Positions 29,394 to 38,324 of a stretch of 64,000 bases of DNA are shown here, in pieces. Within the stretch, counting starts at the first letter, position 1, and each line of letters opens with the position of its first letter. A model generated the notes under the pieces. The model did no database searches. It was given only the letters and a program-made list of their open reading frames with translations, and was not told the DNA's origin. The position numbers were made by a program, and so were the translations under genes. The DNA is from Thermodesulfobacteriota bacterium (GTDB lineage Bacteria; Desulfobacterota; Binatia; Bin18): assembly GCA_964291405.2 (NCBI GenBank), contig OZ219926.1:1-64000 (forward strand). Direction: 5' to 3'.

Positions 29394-31490
29394 ATGTCTA
29401 CTCCTGCAAGCCTGCGCGTTGCCTTTGACATTGGCGGAACCTTCACCGATGTCGTCATAGCCGGTGCCGACAGCCAGCTTCTGACCTATAAAATCTTGAC
29501 CCTGCCTGATTCGGTTGGCGCGGACGTTGGACGCTGCATTGCCGATGCCGAACGCCAGCACCCGGAGAGCTCTATTGCGAGCCTCGTCCACGGCACGACC
29601 ATCGCTTCCAACGCGGTCCTGGAAGAACAGGGCGCACGGACCGGTCTGATCACCACCACAGGCTTTCGGGACGAATTGGAAATCCGCCGCCTGGGACGCC
29701 CCAGTGTCTACAACGTGTTTTGGCAGCGTACGCCGCCTTTGATCCCACGTCGTCGCCGACTTGAAGTCAGCGAACGCATGACCGTTCTGGGCGAGGTAGA
29801 AACGCCGCTCAACGACGAAGAGGTGCGTCAGGCCATACGCAGCCTCAAACGCCAGAGTGTCGAAGCCATTGCCGTGGCCTTTCTGCATTCCTACGTCAAT
29901 CCCAGCCATGAACAACAGACCGTAGCTCTTATCCGCGAGATATTCCCGGAAGTCATGGTTTGCTCCTCAGCCGACATCCTGCCCGAGGTTCGCGAGTACG
30001 AACGTACCTCCACCACGGCGCTGAACGCCTACCTCATGCCCGTGGTCGGACGCTATCTGGACCAGGTGGAGACGCAGCTCCGGGACTATCCTCCAGCCCT
30101 GCAAATCATGCAGTCCAACGGAGGGATCATGAGCGCCGCGCACGCCCGTCACCGCCCGGTGCATATGATTGAATCCGGTCCTGCAGCCGGTGCCCTGGCC
30201 GCGGCCGGCTTGGCGCGGGAAATCGGTCTGGCTCAGGCGGTCGCGTTTGATATGGGCGGGACAACCGCCAAAGGGTGCCTGATAGAAAATGGCCAGCCGG
30301 TTGAAACCGCCGAAGGCGAGGTCGGGGCGGGCATCAACCGAGCCGGGCGGCTGAGCAAGGGTGCCGGCTATGCGCTGCGCGTTCCCGCGTACGATATTGT
30401 CGAGGTCGGCGCAGGAGGAGGCAGCCTGGCCTGGGTAGACGATGGTGGCGCGCTGCGCGTCGGGCCCCGTAGCGCCGGTGCCGTCCCCGGACCGGCCTGC
30501 TATGGCCGGGGCGGAACCGAGCCGACCATCACCGACGCCAACGTGGTCCTGGGCTATATGAACCCGGACAGCATCGCCGGTGGGACCGTCCCCATTGATG
30601 CCACTGCCGCGCAGACCGCCATACAGGCACGATTAGGCGCACGTCTCGGTTTGTCGGTCCACGAGCTTGCCTTTGGGATTCATCAGGTAGCTGACGCGAC
30701 CATGACGCGCGCCATCCGTGCGGTCACGACCGAGCGGGGTCGTGATCCACGCGAGTTTACCCTGATAGCCTTCGGAGGGTCAGGCCCGCTGCACGCGGCG
30801 ACGCTGGCCGATAATCTGGGCATGTCGCGGGTGTATATTCCGTCTTTCCCTGGGGTGTTCAGCGCGCTGGGTCTGTTGGTGGCCGACCTGCGTTCTGACT
30901 ATGTGCAGAGTGTTCCGCAGGAGCTGGACACTGTTGATCCTACGGCTCTACTCCGGGAATTTGACGCGCTGGTGGCCCGTGCGGAGCAGGATGCTCACAA
31001 TGAGCAGCGTGAGCAGGATGGTCTCACCTATGAACGCCTGATCGATTTACGCTATCAGCGCCAGTCGTCGGAACTGACCCTTCGGGTTCCGGCTCAGGTT
31101 GAAGCCGCTGACATAAGGCAGGTGCTGGCCGAAAGCTTTCATGCCGCGCATGAACAAACGTATGGATATCGCCGTGAAGACGATACTATTGCCATCGTCA
31201 GCGTCCGCCTGAAGGCAACCGTCCGGACGCCTAGCCTGTCCTTCAGCGAATTGGGCGCGTATTTCAGGCAATCGGCAAAAAAGGCAACTCAGTTGGGCTC
31301 CCGACGCGCGTATTTCGGCCCGCAGCAGGGTGAACTCGATACCCGGATTCTCGGCCGAGGGGACCTGCTCGAACAGGTTGTCGCCGGTCCCCTGATTGTC
31401 GAAGAGTTTGACACCACGGTCGTAGTCCCTCCGCGCTGGCAGGCGAGTGTCGATGCGTATGGGAATATTGTCTTGCAGGTCGTGAAGTGA
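29394..31490 (+). CDS. Hydantoinase A/oxoprolinase family subunit (A2)
   Basis: DIGGTFTD, HGTTIASN, ESGPAAG and DMGGTT motifs. Confidence 0.95.
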   Translation: MSTPASLRVAFDIGGTFTDVVIAGADSQLLTYKILTLPDSVGADVGRCIADAERQHPESSIASLVHGTTIASNAVLEEQGARTGLITTTGFRDELEIRRLGRPSVYNVFWQRTPPLIPRRRRLEVSERMTVLGEVETPLNDEEVRQAIRSLKRQSVEAIAVAFLHSYVNPSHEQQTVALIREIFPEVMVCSSADILPEVREYERTSTTALNAYLMPVVGRYLDQVETQLRDYPPALQIMQSNGGIMSAAHARHRPVHMIESGPAAGALAAAGLAREIGLAQAVAFDMGGTTAKGCLIENGQPVETAEGEVGAGINRAGRLSKGAGYALRVPAYDIVEVGAGGGSLAWVDDGGALRVGPRSAGAVPGPACYGRGGTEPTITDANVVLGYMNPDSIAGGTVPIDATAAQTAIQARLGARLGLSVHELAFGIHQVADATMTRAIRAVTTERGRDPREFTLIAFGGSGPLHAATLADNLGMSRVYIPSFPGVFSALGLLVADLRSDYVQSVPQELDTVDPTALLREFDALVARAEQDAHNEQREQDGLTYERLIDLRYQRQSSELTLRVPAQVEAADIRQVLAESFHAAHEQTYGYRREDDTIAIVSVRLKATVRTPSLSFSELGAYFRQSAKKATQLGSRRAYFGPQQGELDTRILGRGDLLEQVVAGPLIVEEFDTTVVVPPRWQASVDAYGNIVLQVVK

Positions 31491-31819
31491 AATTACCCAA
31501 TCGACGCAACGCCTACATTCCCCAAGGGAAATTATCAAGATACCTACTCTCTCCTACGCACGCGGTTGGCAAAGCAAAGGCTAAGTTCTTTCAGGCGATT
31601 GGTTTTAGTGTAGCTAGAGAGGAAGACCTCAAGCAGCAACTCTTAACTATTGCCCGTACTAACGAGGTGACAAGTGTCTCGTGATCAACTCATGGGATAA
31701 AATACGTCATTGAAGAGACACTGGAAACAAAGGCAAAGAGGAAAGTCCGTATTCGTACTGTTTGGATCGTTGAAGGACAACGGGATAATCCTCGCTTTGT
31801 CACTGCCTACCCGTTATAG
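31487..31819 (+). pseudogene. DUF6883-like putative toxin with an in-frame TGA at 31682
   Basis: KLSRYLLSPTHAVGKAKAKFF continues in frame past the TGA as STHGIKYVIE...RTVWIVE...PRFVTAYPL*. Confidence 0.8.
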
Positions 31820-31841
31820 ATAAGAGAAAAGGAAGGAATCT

Positions 31842-32072
31842 ATGTTCCAAGAGCTTGATACGGTCGTTCTTACTCATAATGTTGAAAATTATGGGCTCAA
31901 GGAAGGCGATATCAGCGTCGTGGTGCATTGCTACCAGGATGGTCAAGGGCTTGAGGTTGAGTTTGTGACAGCGGAAGGGAAGACGATAGCACTATTAACG
32001 CTGACTCCATCCGACGTTCGCCTCATGCGAGAGCGAGAAATTTTGCACGTACGCGAACTTTCAGCCGCATAA
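31842..32072 (+). CDS. DUF4926 family protein (putative antitoxin)
   Basis: ELDTVVL..GLKEGD...VVH...EVEFV...GKT pattern, strong RBS. Confidence 0.85.
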   Translation: MFQELDTVVLTHNVENYGLKEGDISVVVHCYQDGQGLEVEFVTAEGKTIALLTLTPSDVRLMREREILHVRELSAA

Positions 32073-32096
32073 GAGGCAAGTGAAGGAAGAAGGTTC

Positions 32097-33842
32097 ATGG
32101 CAACTGCATTTGACCCCATTCTTATCGAAGTCATGAAAAACGAGCTGACCGCGGTTGCCGAAGAGATGGGCATTACCATGAAGCGGACGGCGCGCTCGCT
32201 GGGCGCCAAGGAGGGCTCTGATTTTTCTACTGCGCTGGTCGATGCCCAGGGCCGGTTGATCGCCCAGGGCCTGACCATCGGTGTCCACCTCGGCTACATC
32301 ATGGGAGTCATGCCGTGGGTGCTGAAGAAATTTGGCGACGACCTTCACTCCGGCGATGTGATTGTCTCAAACGACCCCTACGGTGGGGTGTCTCACTTCC
32401 CGGACATCGTTCTGATCATGCCGATTTTCTGGCAGGAACAACTGGTCGGCTTTGCGGCCATTGTGGAACACCATACCGATATTGGCGGGCGCTTCCCCGG
32501 CGGCATGGGCATCGCCAGTGCTGAGGTCTACGAAGAAGGGGTGTGTATTCCGGGGGTCAAGCTCTTTAGTCTAGGCGAGCTGAATCATGACTTAGTCGAT
32601 ATGATTGCCGCCAACGTCCGGGCACCTGAGGATGTGCGTGGCGACCTGGACGCTCAGGCCGCGGCCTGCCGGCGCGGTGCACAGGGAGTCCAGGAGTTGC
32701 TCGACCGCCACGGGCTGGAACAATTTGCGGCCTGCAACGAACAGTTGCGCCAGTACAGCGAACGGGCTATGCGGGCCTGCATTGCGGCCATTCCGGATGG
32801 CTCGTATACATGTACGGACCTGTTTGAAGATGACGGCTTGGGTGGGGAAGGGGTCAACTTGCGTCTTACGGTGACCGTTGCCGACGAGTCCGTTCGGGTG
32901 GACTTTGACGGCACCGGCCCACAGGTTCGTAGCGCGATCAACGTCCCCTTTAATCTCACCCGCGCCTGTGTGTACGTGGCCTTTCGGTCCATCCTTGAGA
33001 CGGATGCACCGGCAAACTCGGGTCTGATGGCTCCCATTCAGGTGACTGCTCCCGAGGGCTGTGTGGTCAATCCGCAATTTCCCGGCGCGGTCGGCGCGCG
33101 CGGGATGCTGATGTGGCGGATTATCGACATGATATTTGCCGCCCTGGCCCAGGCCATTCCCGACAAAGTCTATGCCGCGGGCGAGGGCGGGGCGAATTTG
33201 CTGGTGTATACGCCCCAGGTCGAGGCGGGCGTGCCGTCCATGCTGCTGGATATTTACACCTCGGGCTGGGGCGCGCGGCCCGATAGCGACGGTGTGGAAG
33301 GCGTCACTCCTATGGCTGCCGGCGGCGCCATGCGCAGCATTCCCGCGGAAATGATCGAGCGTGAATGTCCGGTTATGTTGGACGGATTCGGCTTTTTGCC
33401 GGACACCGGCGGCCCAGGGCAATATCGCGGAGCCCTGTCCGTGTATCGCAAATGGCGCTTTCTGGGCGATGGCCGGGTAATGCTCCGAACCTGTCGGGTC
33501 AAATCCGTCCCGTATGGGTTGGCCGGTGGAAAAGACGGCACCCCGTTTGCTGCCAGGCTGCGTTCCGGCGAAGCAGAAACCCAACTCCCACACGAAATGC
33601 TCATCGATACCGAGGTACGATCCGGAGAAACCCTGCTGCATGTCCAACCGGGTGCAGGTGGCTATGGCGACCCGCTCGCGCGTGACCCCCAGCTCGTCCT
33701 CGACGATGTGTTAGACGAGAAGATCTCGCCCGCGTACGCCGAGCGGGAATACGGGGTCGCCATTGACGAGAACACGGAGCAGGTTGACTGGAACCGGACG
33801 ACGCAACTTCGCGCGACATTGCGGTCTGACCTGGAGGCCTGA
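32097..33842 (+). CDS. Hydantoinase B/oxoprolinase family subunit (B2)
   Basis: NDPYGGVSHFPD, HHTDIGG and GGYGDP motifs. Confidence 0.94.
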   Translation: MATAFDPILIEVMKNELTAVAEEMGITMKRTARSLGAKEGSDFSTALVDAQGRLIAQGLTIGVHLGYIMGVMPWVLKKFGDDLHSGDVIVSNDPYGGVSHFPDIVLIMPIFWQEQLVGFAAIVEHHTDIGGRFPGGMGIASAEVYEEGVCIPGVKLFSLGELNHDLVDMIAANVRAPEDVRGDLDAQAAACRRGAQGVQELLDRHGLEQFAACNEQLRQYSERAMRACIAAIPDGSYTCTDLFEDDGLGGEGVNLRLTVTVADESVRVDFDGTGPQVRSAINVPFNLTRACVYVAFRSILETDAPANSGLMAPIQVTAPEGCVVNPQFPGAVGARGMLMWRIIDMIFAALAQAIPDKVYAAGEGGANLLVYTPQVEAGVPSMLLDIYTSGWGARPDSDGVEGVTPMAAGGAMRSIPAEMIERECPVMLDGFGFLPDTGGPGQYRGALSVYRKWRFLGDGRVMLRTCRVKSVPYGLAGGKDGTPFAARLRSGEAETQLPHEMLIDTEVRSGETLLHVQPGAGGYGDPLARDPQLVLDDVLDEKISPAYAEREYGVAIDENTEQVDWNRTTQLRATLRSDLEA

Positions 33843-33893
33843 CGGGAGACTGGACGGCCCGCCGCGTCAGACGCGTGGCCTGAGAGGAGAGCT

Positions 33894-35642
33894 ATGGCAT
33901 TTGATCCTATTCTGGTTGAGGTCGTGAAAAACGAGTTGGCCGCCATCACCGAAGAAATGGCGATTGCGGTGTGGAAAACCGGCCGCTCGGCTATGGTCAA
34001 AACCGGAGATTTTGCCACCGCTATCTGCGACGGCCAAGGCCGGTTAATCGGCCAGGGCTATGCGGCTCCGTTTCAACTGGCGTTCTTTATTGCGGTGATG
34101 CCCCACATCCTCAGAAAATACGGAGAAGACTTTGCGCCCGGCGATGTCATTGTGGTGAACGACCCGTATGCCGGTGTCACCCATATGCCGGACGTAATGA
34201 TCATTGCGCCCACGTTCTGGCAGGGGCAGCGGGTCGCCTTTACCTTAGCCTATTCGCACCACACCGATATTGGCGGGCGCTTTCCGGGCGGGTTCAGCAG
34301 CCAGTGTACGGAGACCTTTGAAGAAGGGCTCCGCCTGCCGCCGATCAAACTGTATAAAGGTGGGGAGCGCAACGAAGCCCTTCTGGAGACGATTCTGGCC
34401 AATGTTCGGGTATCCGACGAATGGCTGGGAGACGTGGAGGCGAAAATCGCGGGCTGCTGGCGCGGCGAGCAAGAACTGAAACGTCTACTCGAAAAATACG
34501 GCTTGGACACATTCAACTCGTGCTGTGACTATTTGATTGCCTATGCGGAAAAGGCCACCCGGGCGGCCATCAAGGAGATTCCTCCGGGCGAGTATGTGTA
34601 TGAGGATGCCTTTGAAGACGATGGTTTTGGCTCCGATGGTGTGGCCCTGCCGATCAAGGTGACCCTGCGCGCACAGGGCGAAACCTTGAGCGTTGACTTC
34701 ACCGGCACCAGCCCGCAGGCGCGCGGCGCGATCAACCTGCCGCTGAGCATGACGGAAGCGACGGTGTATGGCGCGGTCAAGAGTATTGTCAGCCCGGAGG
34801 TGTTAACCAATGTCGGCTTCATTCGGCCTATACAGGTCGTTGCGCCGGTCGGCACCCTGGTAAACCCGCGTTTTCCTGCCGCGGTCGGCGGCCGTGCCCC
34901 CTTATTCTTTCGGGTTTTTGATATGCTGTTCCGTGCCCTGGCTCAGGCATTGCCCGACCGGGTTCCCATCCCCGGAGAGGGTGGGGACGTGTTGCACTTC
35001 ACTGGTGAGAAGGAAGACGGGACACCGTTTGCGGTCATGGATATTTTCTTTGGTGGCTGGGGTGGACGTCCGCACAAGGACGGGATTGATGGCGTGGCGC
35101 CTATGGCCTTCGGGTCCTACGGAACGATTCCGGCGGAACTGCTCGAACGCGAATTTCCGCTGGTCGTTGACGGGTTTGGCTATGTGCCGGATACGGGCGG
35201 CGCCGGCAAGCATCGGGGCTCGGTGTCCATCTATAAACAGTGGCGCTTCCTGAGCCCCGGAAAAGTCATGGTTCGCACCAACCGTCTCATTCGGGCCTCC
35301 GGGGGGCTGGCCGGTGGCGCGCCCGGCTCGCTGTCCAAGAATATTCTGAACCCCGAAACAGAGAGCCGGGAACTGCCGCGCAAAGCCCATCTGCATATGG
35401 ATGTGAAACCGGGCGATCGTATCCACCACATCGTGTCCGGCTCGGGCGGCCACGGCAATCCCTTGGAGCGCGGTCCCGCCCAGGTGCTGGCCGACGTGCA
35501 GGACGAAAAGCTGTCTGTCGCGCAGGCGCGAGATCAGTATGGGGTGGTGATTGATGCGGCTGCGGCTGCGGCTGCGGTGAATATGCCGGAAACCGAGGCA
35601 CTGCGAGCCGCTCGCTTGCAACCAGTTGCGGCAGCAGACTAG
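33894..35642 (+). CDS. Hydantoinase B/oxoprolinase family subunit (B3)
   Basis: NDPYAGVTHMPD, HHTDIGG and GGHGNP motifs. Confidence 0.94.
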   Translation: MAFDPILVEVVKNELAAITEEMAIAVWKTGRSAMVKTGDFATAICDGQGRLIGQGYAAPFQLAFFIAVMPHILRKYGEDFAPGDVIVVNDPYAGVTHMPDVMIIAPTFWQGQRVAFTLAYSHHTDIGGRFPGGFSSQCTETFEEGLRLPPIKLYKGGERNEALLETILANVRVSDEWLGDVEAKIAGCWRGEQELKRLLEKYGLDTFNSCCDYLIAYAEKATRAAIKEIPPGEYVYEDAFEDDGFGSDGVALPIKVTLRAQGETLSVDFTGTSPQARGAINLPLSMTEATVYGAVKSIVSPEVLTNVGFIRPIQVVAPVGTLVNPRFPAAVGGRAPLFFRVFDMLFRALAQALPDRVPIPGEGGDVLHFTGEKEDGTPFAVMDIFFGGWGGRPHKDGIDGVAPMAFGSYGTIPAELLEREFPLVVDGFGYVPDTGGAGKHRGSVSIYKQWRFLSPGKVMVRTNRLIRASGGLAGGAPGSLSKNILNPETESRELPRKAHLHMDVKPGDRIHHIVSGSGGHGNPLERGPAQVLADVQDEKLSVAQARDQYGVVIDAAAAAAAVNMPETEALRAARLQPVAAAD

Positions 35643-35679
35643 TCGAGAGCTGGGCTGGCTGTCCTCTAAGAAGTCTTCC

Positions 35680-35790
35680 CTACTCGGACTGTCGTTCCTT
35701 CCGGCGTAATCCACTGTCCAGGAAGAAAATAAGAAAGCCTATGGCAGCAATGCCTAACATCACGAGAAAGACGATGCCTAATGGGTTCAT
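35680..35790 (-). CDS. 36-aa single-TM peptide (MNPLGIVFLVMLGIAAIGFLIFFLDSGLRRKERQSE), absent from the ORF track
   Basis: ATG overlaps the upstream stop (ATGA), GGAGG lies just upstream, and a hydrophobic helix is followed by a basic tail. Confidence 0.6.
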   Translation of the reverse strand: MNPLGIVFLVMLGIAAIGFLIFFLDSGLRRKERQSE

Positions 35791-35993
35791 GAAGAGACCT
35801 CCATTCCATCAAATAAATAGCCGAGAAGCGCAAATGCGAAGGTTGCAAGTACCCCAAGGCCAATAACCCAGGGCTGGACAATCTCTGGCTTGGTGATTGG
35901 TCCAAGAACGAGGGCTGCCAGAGCAATCTTGGCGGCATCCCAAAAGAATTTCGCCATGTTATCTTTTTGCTTCTCGTTGCGAAGAATCCCCAT
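35787..35993 (-). CDS. Small two-TM membrane protein (DUF6722-like)
   Basis: KQKDNMAKFFWDAAKIALAALVLG...ALLGYLF; AT-richer than the flanks. Confidence 0.65.
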   Translation of the reverse strand: MGILRNEKQKDNMAKFFWDAAKIALAALVLGPITKPEIVQPWVIGLGVLATFAFALLGYLFDGMEVSS

Positions 35994-36073
35994 TTTTCGT
36001 CCCGTCGTCTTCAACAGAGCTATGCTCACCATACACCGTTTGGATAGACGATTCGATATGGTATAGGCTCCCC

Positions 36074-38119
36074 ATGCGTATAGGCTTTGATATTGGCGGA
36101 ACCTTCACCGACGTTATTGTAGTTGGCGACGACGGACGCCTGTTCACCACAAAGGTGCTCTCGCTGCTCGATCGGGTGGGCGAAGATATCGTCCGCTGCG
36201 TGCATGAGGTCGATGCGCAGGCCCAGGTCGAGGGCTTCGTCCACGGTACGACCATTGCCTCGAACGCCGTCATCGAAGAGACCACCGCGCGGACCGGACT
36301 GATCACCACCCAGGGCTTTCGGGACGAGCTCGAAATGCGCGGGCAGCGACGGCCCAATATCTATGATGCGGACTGGGACCGCCTGCCTCCTCTCGTGCCC
36401 CGTTCCCTGCGTTTGGAAGTCCAGGAGCGCATCCTGGGTAACGGCCATATTGAGCGCCCGCTCGATCCGACGCAAGCCCGAGTGGTGATCGACCAGCTTC
36501 TGGCCGCCGGAGTGGAAACGATTGCCGTTTGCCTGGTGAATTCCTATCTCAACCCTACGCACGAACGGCAGTTGGGACAGCTTATCGCTGAGGTAGCTCC
36601 GGATATGGTGGTGTGTCTATCGTGCGATATCCACCCCGAGATTCGCGAGTACGAACGCACCAGTACGACTGTCATTAACGCCTCGCTGATTCCGGTCGTT
36701 GATCGCTATCTCAGCCGACTGGAACGACACCTTTCGACCTATAGCGAGCGCGTTCTGATTATGCAGTCCAACGGCGGTATCATGAGTGCCCAGGCCGCCC
36801 GGCGCCGGCCCGCGTATATGATTGAGTCGGGCCCAGCTGCCGGCGTGCTGGCTGCGGCGCGCTTCGCCCATGAGACGCAGCAGGATCAGGTGCTCGCGTT
36901 TGACATGGGGGGGACGACCGCCAAAGCCTGTTTGATCGAAAACGGCGTGCCACTTGAGAAGCCGGGCGGGGAGATCGGAGGTGGCGCCACTATGACCACG
37001 CGTTTATTTGGCGGCGGTGGACATGCCCTGCGCGTCCCCTCGCTCGATATCGTGGAAGTGGGCGCTGGAGGCGGTAGTATTGCCTGGATAGATGACGGGG
37101 GCGCGTTACGGGTCGGTCCCCAGAGCGCAAGCGCGGACCCTGGCCCGGCCTGTTATGGCCGGGGCGGAACCGAGCCTACGGTAACTGATGCCAATGTGGT
37201 GCTGGGCTACATGAACCCTGAGGCTATCGCTGGTGCAACCTTGGCTATCGACTGCCAGGCCGCCTGGACTGCGGTTGAGCAAAAAATCGCTCAACCGCTC
37301 AATGTGGAAGTCCTGGCTGCAGCCTATGGTATCACCCAGGTGGCAAACGCGACCATGATGCGCGCCCTGCGGGCCGTTTCGACCGAACGTGGGCGAGACC
37401 CGCGTGACTTTACCCTGATCGCATTCGGCGGAGCCGGGCCGATGCACGCCGCCGCCCTGGCGGACAGCCTGAGTATGACGCGAGTTCAGATTCCGCTCTA
37501 CCCAGGCTTATTCAGCGCGTTTGGACTCCTCTTGGCGGACTATCGCCACGACTATATCCGTAGCGTGGCTGTGGCCTTGGACCAGCTCGACCCGCAGGCC
37601 GTGCTGCGTCACTACCAGGAGCTTGAGACCCAGGCGCGGGCCGAGTTGGCCGCAGAAGGCATTGCCGCGGATCAGATTCGTTTTGAGCGTCAGGTCGATC
37701 TCAAGTACGGCTATCAGGTCGCGGAGCTGAGCCTGCCTTTTCCCGACGTATCAGTCGCGGACATGCAGGACCGCCTGGCCCAACTCTTCACCGAAGCGCA
37801 CCGCCAGGCGTTTGGCTATGATCGAGCCGATACGATTGAGCTTGTCAGCGTCCGGCTGCGAGCCATAGCCTCCTCCGGCCCTCTACGCCTGACCGAGTTG
37901 ACTGGAACCGGGAACACCCCTACGTCTCCGGCCTCCCGCACGGCGTATTTCGGTCCCCAGGTAGGCGAATGCCAGGCCGCGGTATATCAGCGAACCGCTC
38001 TTGAACAGGCGCGGAGCGGGCCGCTCATTGTAGAAGAACCGGATACCACGGTGGTTGTACCGCCCGGCTGGACAGTCCAGTATGACGTAAGCGGGAATCT
38101 GCTCTTGCAGCATGAATAA
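36074..38119 (+). CDS. Hydantoinase A/oxoprolinase family subunit (A3)
   Basis: MRIGFDIGGTFTD and ESGPAAG motifs; close paralog of A2. Confidence 0.95.
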   Translation: MRIGFDIGGTFTDVIVVGDDGRLFTTKVLSLLDRVGEDIVRCVHEVDAQAQVEGFVHGTTIASNAVIEETTARTGLITTQGFRDELEMRGQRRPNIYDADWDRLPPLVPRSLRLEVQERILGNGHIERPLDPTQARVVIDQLLAAGVETIAVCLVNSYLNPTHERQLGQLIAEVAPDMVVCLSCDIHPEIREYERTSTTVINASLIPVVDRYLSRLERHLSTYSERVLIMQSNGGIMSAQAARRRPAYMIESGPAAGVLAAARFAHETQQDQVLAFDMGGTTAKACLIENGVPLEKPGGEIGGGATMTTRLFGGGGHALRVPSLDIVEVGAGGGSIAWIDDGGALRVGPQSASADPGPACYGRGGTEPTVTDANVVLGYMNPEAIAGATLAIDCQAAWTAVEQKIAQPLNVEVLAAAYGITQVANATMMRALRAVSTERGRDPRDFTLIAFGGAGPMHAAALADSLSMTRVQIPLYPGLFSAFGLLLADYRHDYIRSVAVALDQLDPQAVLRHYQELETQARAELAAEGIAADQIRFERQVDLKYGYQVAELSLPFPDVSVADMQDRLAQLFTEAHRQAFGYDRADTIELVSVRLRAIASSGPLRLTELTGTGNTPTSPASRTAYFGPQVGECQAAVYQRTALEQARSGPLIVEEPDTTVVVPPGWTVQYDVSGNLLLQHE

Positions 38120-38148
38120 CGTCCGGTCGTTTTTTGCTTCAGAACGAG

Positions 38149-38299
38149 AACCCACCCCGCCGCTGTACGGCACAAAGAGGAAACGTGTCCTTCAACAGAA
38201 CAGGTAGATGTCGACACGTTTCCTCTTTCCCTCCCAAGAGGGGATGGGAGAAGCACAAAATCCCCTCCTCGGAGGGGTGGCCGAAGGCCGGGGTGGGTT
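38149..38299. repeat. CCCCTC..GAGGGG doublet with a 55-bp hairpin insert (38174-38228)
   Basis: Perfect 16-bp IR AAAGAGGAAACGTGTC/GACACGTTTCCTCTTT; second copy at ~51061-51117. Confidence 0.8.
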
Positions 38300-38324
38300 C
38301 CTGCCGTACTGAAGGGTAACTTTT

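Noticed and set aside
31682-31684. In-frame TGA read as selenocysteine, given selD 7 kb away
   Set aside because: No Cys/redox motif context and no evident SECIS-like hairpin downstream. A nonsense mutation is simpler.
35556-35576. (GCGGCT)n poly-Ala tract as a phase-variation site
   Set aside because: The 6-bp unit preserves frame and lies near the C-terminus.
38149-38299. Palindromic repeats as a CRISPR array or integron attC sites
   Set aside because: They are dispersed singles or doublets with no regular repeat-spacer period, and there is no cas or intI gene.
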